Shown piece by piece: positions 35,022 to 38,295 of a stretch of 38,295 nucleotides of DNA. A program made the translations under genes and the position numbers. The stretch comes from Candidatus Melainabacteria bacterium (GTDB lineage: Bacteria; Cyanobacteriota; Vampirovibrionia; 2-02-FULL-35-15). The notes beneath the pieces are model-generated. The model made no database searches. It worked only from the letters and a program-made list of their open reading frames with translations, and was not told the DNA's origin. Positions within the stretch are counted from its first letter, which is position 1, and each line of letters starts with the position of its first letter. Location of the stretch: the NCBI GenBank assembly GCA_023250175.1, contig JAHFBD010000001.1, positions 1 through 38,295 of the forward strand, read 5' to 3'.

Positions 35022-35756
35022 ATGAAGCGATTCTTATTTTTAATCTCGTTTTTTCTAACACTAAGTTTTACATGGTTACAAGATGCTTACTGTCAAGTTG
35101 CAGAAGCTATAAACAATCCATGGATTATTATTGATGGTCCCGGAATTGGTATTCAGCTAGAAGGTGACAGTGATATTTTAATCACAACAATCTCATCTTC
35201 TATAAACATGGTGGCTATGGCTGATGGAATGATAAATGAACCATCAGATTCCTGCCCGGGAGATAAACAATATTACAGCGGAACACTATATGGACAGCCT
35301 TCTCCTGGCAGGTGCAGCTGGGGCCATGTAATTCGATACAAAGATGCATCTGATGAACTTAAAACTATTACCGATATTATAAAACGTGAAGAATCTGTTC
35401 ATTTTTATTTATCTGAATCAAAAGATAGAGGTGCCCTTGAGCTTGATAAGCAATATCTGGAATATATTTTTTCGCAGATTAAAAACCTTAAGATCTTACT
35501 AAATAAAAACGACAAGGTCACCTCAAAAACTACAAGAAACCTATTTCGGAAACTTGATTCTATAAATAACTTAGATAACGAAGTCCTGAAAAGTTTTAAA
35601 AAATTTATTACTCAGGTTGAATCTAAAGGAGAAAATATTCAACTTACAGACCAATCACCTATAAGAAAAAAGCTTGATCATGATTTAAGTCTGGCATATG
35701 ACATTAAAGTGAAAATAGTAAAAGAAATTGTTAGTATTGATGGACTGTTAAAGTAA
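35022..35756 (+). CDS. hypothetical secreted protein
   Basis: Signal peptide MKRFLFLISFFLTLSFTWLQDAYC from ATG 35022. The track ORF begins 10 codons earlier, at 34992. Confidence 0.5.
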   Translation: MKRFLFLISFFLTLSFTWLQDAYCQVAEAINNPWIIIDGPGIGIQLEGDSDILITTISSSINMVAMADGMINEPSDSCPGDKQYYSGTLYGQPSPGRCSWGHVIRYKDASDELKTITDIIKREESVHFYLSESKDRGALELDKQYLEYIFSQIKNLKILLNKNDKVTSKTTRNLFRKLDSINNLDNEVLKSFKKFITQVESKGENIQLTDQSPIRKKLDHDLSLAYDIKVKIVKEIVSIDGLLK

Positions 35757-35760
35757 AAAA

Positions 35761-35872
35761 GCTCCATTGTAGAAGACAATTTGAGAGCATACGGAATATT
35801 TTAACATTCCAGAATTAGCTCCTGCTGCATGATTTATATTACCCACTAGGACTAACTGCTTCTATGGTATAG
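35761..35872 (+). repeat. junction repeat family 1, copy D (most diverged)
   Basis: GTAGAAGAC resembles the GTAAAAGAC head. The GGAATATTTTAACATTCCAG hairpin parallels copy B. The CTATGG tail parallels copy A. Confidence 0.35.
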
Positions 35873-36053
35873 TTTTTATTAAGAATTTTATGATGGCGGG
35901 CGGGTGGTTTTGAGAGGACTTGATTACTGTATTTGTTTAAGGCTAAGATACACTACTTTTTGGGACAAAGTAAACAAAGACCCCAAGCCTAAGGGAGAGA
36001 TTGTACTTATAAGTGATAATCTTCTAAGGGACTTGTTTAAAAAAGTAGAATAA

Positions 36054-36150
36054 AAAACTCGTCAGCACCCATTCTAATTTTTGTACAGCTGAGAAGGGCA
36101 AACAGCTCTTGCTATCTCTCCTGCTACCACTTATTCAATAAGCCACCTTT
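36054..36150 (+). repeat. junction repeat family 2, copy 1 (3' of the MORN gene)
   Basis: Collinear blocks ACTCGT, AGCAC, ATTCTA, CTGAGA, GGCAAA, GCTA, CTCT and TTTAG are shared with 37138..37205. Confidence 0.4.
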
Positions 36151-36221
36151 AGTTTCAAAAAAATAAAAAATCATTAATTAGCCCCTACCCCTAAATTCTG
36201 AGTTGCAGTAAAGTAAGCTAT

Positions 36222-37073
36222 TTATCTCCCGTGCCTAATTTTTCTTTTTTCGTTTAGTTTACTAATAATGTCAGCAGCAGCACTAGAACGACTACACGAG
36301 ACCCCACTTTTACTCTTTTCGGAAGATTCATATATTAGCCTTCCTTCAGAATCATAGACCTTTCTATATATTATTCTATCTAATCGGTCTATTTCTTTTC
36401 CGAATGGAATACAATCACCGTCGTAAGTTTCTTCACTTCTAATCATTCCATTTGAAAAATATGACTTGCAATTTATATTTCCACTACCTGAAAAACACTC
36501 TCGGACTAAGTATCCTTCTGGATTATACTTTTTCCCTTTAACAAATTTTCCATCAGTGAACTGCTTTGAAGAAGGTTGAATTGAATAATTACTCCGCAAG
36601 TTACCATCATTATTAAAAAACCAACATTCTATAGAAGGTCTATTTTTATAGAGGCATTCCTTTATAGCTCCACCCTCTAAGAATGCTTTTTCCCAAATAA
36701 GCTCTCCATCTTTATAGTTTCTGAGAATATGTGTGACTTTGCCTGAATCTGTAAAATCAGTTGCTGACAGTGAAATATCAGTTATAGGGTACCCACTTAA
36801 TTCTTGTTTCCTCGGATTTTCTATCCATTGTATGCCATCTAAATTTCCGTTACTGTAATTTACAGTTTTCCTTTCAGAACCATCTTCTCTAAAGTAACTA
36901 GATTCCCCCTGAAGTATTCCGCTTTTATAGTTTTCTATTGATTTAATTTCTTTATTTTCATAATAAGTTTTTACTTCTCCATCTTTTGGCTTTATATCAT
37001 TTTGCTTACTGCAAGATGTGCTAAAAACAAGAATGGTTATTAGTAATGGATAAAAAGCAAATCCTGTATTCAT
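36222..37073 (-). CDS. MORN-repeat-variant (YwqK-like) lipoprotein
   Basis: Lipobox-like VFSTSC, plus repeated G....Y..NG.......Y..G...G units (GEVKTYYENKEIKSIENYKSGILQGESSYFREDGSERKTVNYSNGNLDG). Confidence 0.6.
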   Translation of the reverse strand: MNTGFAFYPLLITILVFSTSCSKQNDIKPKDGEVKTYYENKEIKSIENYKSGILQGESSYFREDGSERKTVNYSNGNLDGIQWIENPRKQELSGYPITDISLSATDFTDSGKVTHILRNYKDGELIWEKAFLEGGAIKECLYKNRPSIECWFFNNDGNLRSNYSIQPSSKQFTDGKFVKGKKYNPEGYLVRECFSGSGNINCKSYFSNGMIRSEETYDGDCIPFGKEIDRLDRIIYRKVYDSEGRLIYESSEKSKSGVSCSRSSAAADIISKLNEKRKIRHGR

Positions 37074-37137
37074 AAACCACCTATTTGTAAAAATTCACTT
37101 TTGTTCATAATTTGTTTCTCCTTAGAAAGGGAGAGTA

Positions 37138-37205
37138 AACACTCGTAGCACTATATTCTACCTGAGAGGCAAATTACACGCTACCTCTTTAATTTAATCG
37201 CTTAC
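37138..37205 (+). repeat. junction repeat family 2, copy 2 (5' of the MORN gene, upstream of the recombinase remnant)
   Basis: See 36054..36150. The head AGTAAACACTCGTAGCACTA also resembles the family 1 head GTAAAAGACGTTAGAACTA. Confidence 0.4.
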
Positions 37206-37230
37206 TTTAGATTTAGAGGGAATAAAGTAA

Positions 37231-37773
37231 ATGGCAAGATGGAACCATAGGCTAAGAAAAGCAAGAGAATCAATGGGATTATCCTTAGCAGGTGCTGTAA
37301 AACTTTTAAACGAAACAGAGAGGATTAAATTAACAAAGAGTCAGCTTCATGAACTTATAAGAATGAGGTTTAAGAAATTAATTGGAGATGAACAATTTAA
37401 AACTGAAAAGAAAGAATTAAAAGTGGAAATTAAAGGCTTGGAAGGTAAACTTGAGAACTCAAGTGAAAAGGAGAAGGAATTAATTAGAGATACAGAAATC
37501 TATTTCGACTTTATAACATATTCACACTACTGGTTTTTAAATGGAACGCTGGAAGATAAGAAAAAAATAGCACATGCCCTAGGTTCGAACTTTCTGTTAA
37601 AAGGGAGAGAACTAACGATAGAACCTAGTTTATGGTTTATTCCAGTTAAAAATGGCTATCCACAAATTGAGGCTGAATACCTTAGGTTAGAACTAGACAA
37701 AACTAAAGAATTGGATAGAACGGATGAACAGAATGAAGCTTTTGAAAAAATTATTTGTAAATGGAGCGGGTAG
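37231..37773 (+). CDS. chimeric ORF: XRE-like HTH start joined to a C-terminal tail resembling large serine recombinases (no catalytic domain; likely remnant)
   Basis: LRKARESMGLSLAGAVKLL is HTH-like. The coiled-coil segment and FDFITYSHYWFLNGTLEDKKKIAHALGSNFLLKGRELTIEP resemble the extreme C-terminus of large serine recombinases, from memory. The stop codon lies inside the tRNA-Gly 3' end. Confidence 0.4.
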   Translation: MARWNHRLRKARESMGLSLAGAVKLLNETERIKLTKSQLHELIRMRFKKLIGDEQFKTEKKELKVEIKGLEGKLENSSEKEKELIRDTEIYFDFITYSHYWFLNGTLEDKKKIAHALGSNFLLKGRELTIEPSLWFIPVKNGYPQIEAEYLRLELDKTKELDRTDEQNEAFEKIICKWSG

Positions 37774-37835
37774 AGGGAATCGAACCCTCGACTAAAGCTT
37801 GGAAGGCTTTCGTTTTACCATTAAACTACACCCGC
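37762..37835 (-). tRNA. tRNA-Gly (anticodon UCC), CCA encoded
   Basis: Hand-folded cloverleaf: GCGGGTG/TACCCGC acceptor (one G-U pair), GTTT/AAAC D stem with a GG loop, AAAGC-CTTCCAA-GCTTT anticodon arm (U33, TCC, A37), GAGGG-TTCGATT-CCCTC T arm, discriminator U, CCA. 74 nt. Confidence 0.9.
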
Positions 37836-37908
37836 AAGTCAGAAAATCAGAGAATCAGAATTCAAAATCAGCCTTTATTATATCGTAATCAAGTTTAAGC
37901 TAATAACG

Positions 37909-38030
37909 TTACTACCTAGCTATAATATATAAGATCGTAAATAAGCTTTTTGTGTGATTTATTCACCAAAAAGCGCCATGTAACAAAGAGCGAGTTGAGC
38001 ATTAGTGCAAAATGAGCGGTAGGTAAAAAC
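37909..38030 (+). repeat. copy Y of the diverged element also found inverted at 12652..12814
   Basis: TTACTACCTAGCTA (37909-22), GATTTATTCA (37956-65) and AGCGGTAGGTAAAAAC (38015-30). Ends 108 nt upstream of the SDR gene start. Confidence 0.4.
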
Positions 38031-38137
38031 CTAATAACTTGGTGAATTTTTGGAAATTATCCTAAGTCAATTGTTATTACTATTGCTTAGATATGCCGTA
38101 GATGGTAGGTTATAGAACATATACATAAGGAGGCTTT

Positions 38138-38295
38138 ATGACAACTCAAACACTTACGGAGGCTAAAATGACCCATCATGATTTATTAAAAGACCAAGTA
38201 GCTATTGTTACTGGTTCTGGTCGTGGTATTGGCTTAGCTATTGCAAAGAAACTAGCTAACGCAGGTGAAACTACAGTTATAACAGACATTTCACA
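38138..38295 (+). CDS. short-chain dehydrogenase/reductase (FabG-like), 5' part only (runs off the window)
   Basis: AAGGAGG SD, then MTTQTLTEAKMTHHDLLKDQVAIVTGSGRGIGLAIAKKLANAG with the TGxxxGIG cofactor motif. Confidence 0.8.
   Translation, partial: MTTQTLTEAKMTHHDLLKDQVAIVTGSGRGIGLAIAKKLANAGETTVITDIS

Larger units (their letters stand above)
28909..37835. mobile_element. putative decayed genomic island integrated at tRNA-Gly
   Basis: Intact tRNA-Gly at one end with a recombinase remnant abutting its 3' end, and a partial tRNA copy in direct orientation at the other end. Cargo is a TA pair, repeat proteins and junction repeats. Confidence 0.35.

Noticed and set aside
35897-35910. GC-rich GCGGGCGGGTGGTTT resembling the tRNA-Gly 5' acceptor/D-stem (GCGGGTGTAGTTT)
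   Set aside because: The match is limited to about 11 nt with a gap and is in the opposite orientation to the tRNA. No T arm or anticodon arm follows, so it is probably coincidental.
35904-36053. 49-codon GTG-initiated ORF (..RYTTFWDKVNKDPKPKGEIVLISDNLLRDLFKKVE)
   Set aside because: It looks like the C-terminal stump of a decayed gene. There is no SD and no identifiable family, so it is reported only as context for the junction repeats.
32091-37205. Integron-type attC interpretation of the junction repeats
   Set aside because: No IntI-type integrase is present. The heads and tails do not fit RYYYAAC/GTTRRRY well (GTTAGCC, GTTAGAA, GTTGGAA). The head-tail complementarity seen in copy C is not conserved in A or B.

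Overview
AT-rich (about one-third G+C by eye) bacterial chromosomal window with no rRNA, CRISPR array or transposase. Left to right: (1) the 5' part of a RelA/SpoT gene and an SbcC/Rad50-like ATPase cut by one in-frame TAG; (2) small secreted or unknown proteins, including an extremely Cys-rich one; (3) a partial F-type ATP synthase operon (c, b-prime, b, delta, alpha) ending in a truncated MscS gene; (4) a cupin-FAD fusion gene, an ArsR-type regulator and a six-gene Hyf/Hyc-like group-4 [NiFe] hydrogenase operon. That operon has no ferredoxin-type subunit, has an atypical small subunit, and ends in a SatP/YaaH-family channel. (5) An MFS transporter, a Ser-rich secreted protein and a membrane-anchored spermidine-synthase-like protein. 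(6) An apparent ~8.9-kb accessory island (about 28.9-37.8 kb). It lies between tRNA-Gly(UCC) and a degenerate copy of that tRNA's 3' part. It carries a 982-aa Cys-rich modular surface protein with a perfect 530-bp internal direct repeat, a BrnT/BrnA-like toxin-antitoxin pair, HEAT- and MORN-repeat proteins, a serine-recombinase remnant and a family of intergenic repeats at cassette junctions. A separate diverged element with conserved, mutually complementary ends sits in inverted orientation at ~12.7 kb and ~38.0 kb. All homology calls come from motif recognition by eye; no database search was run.
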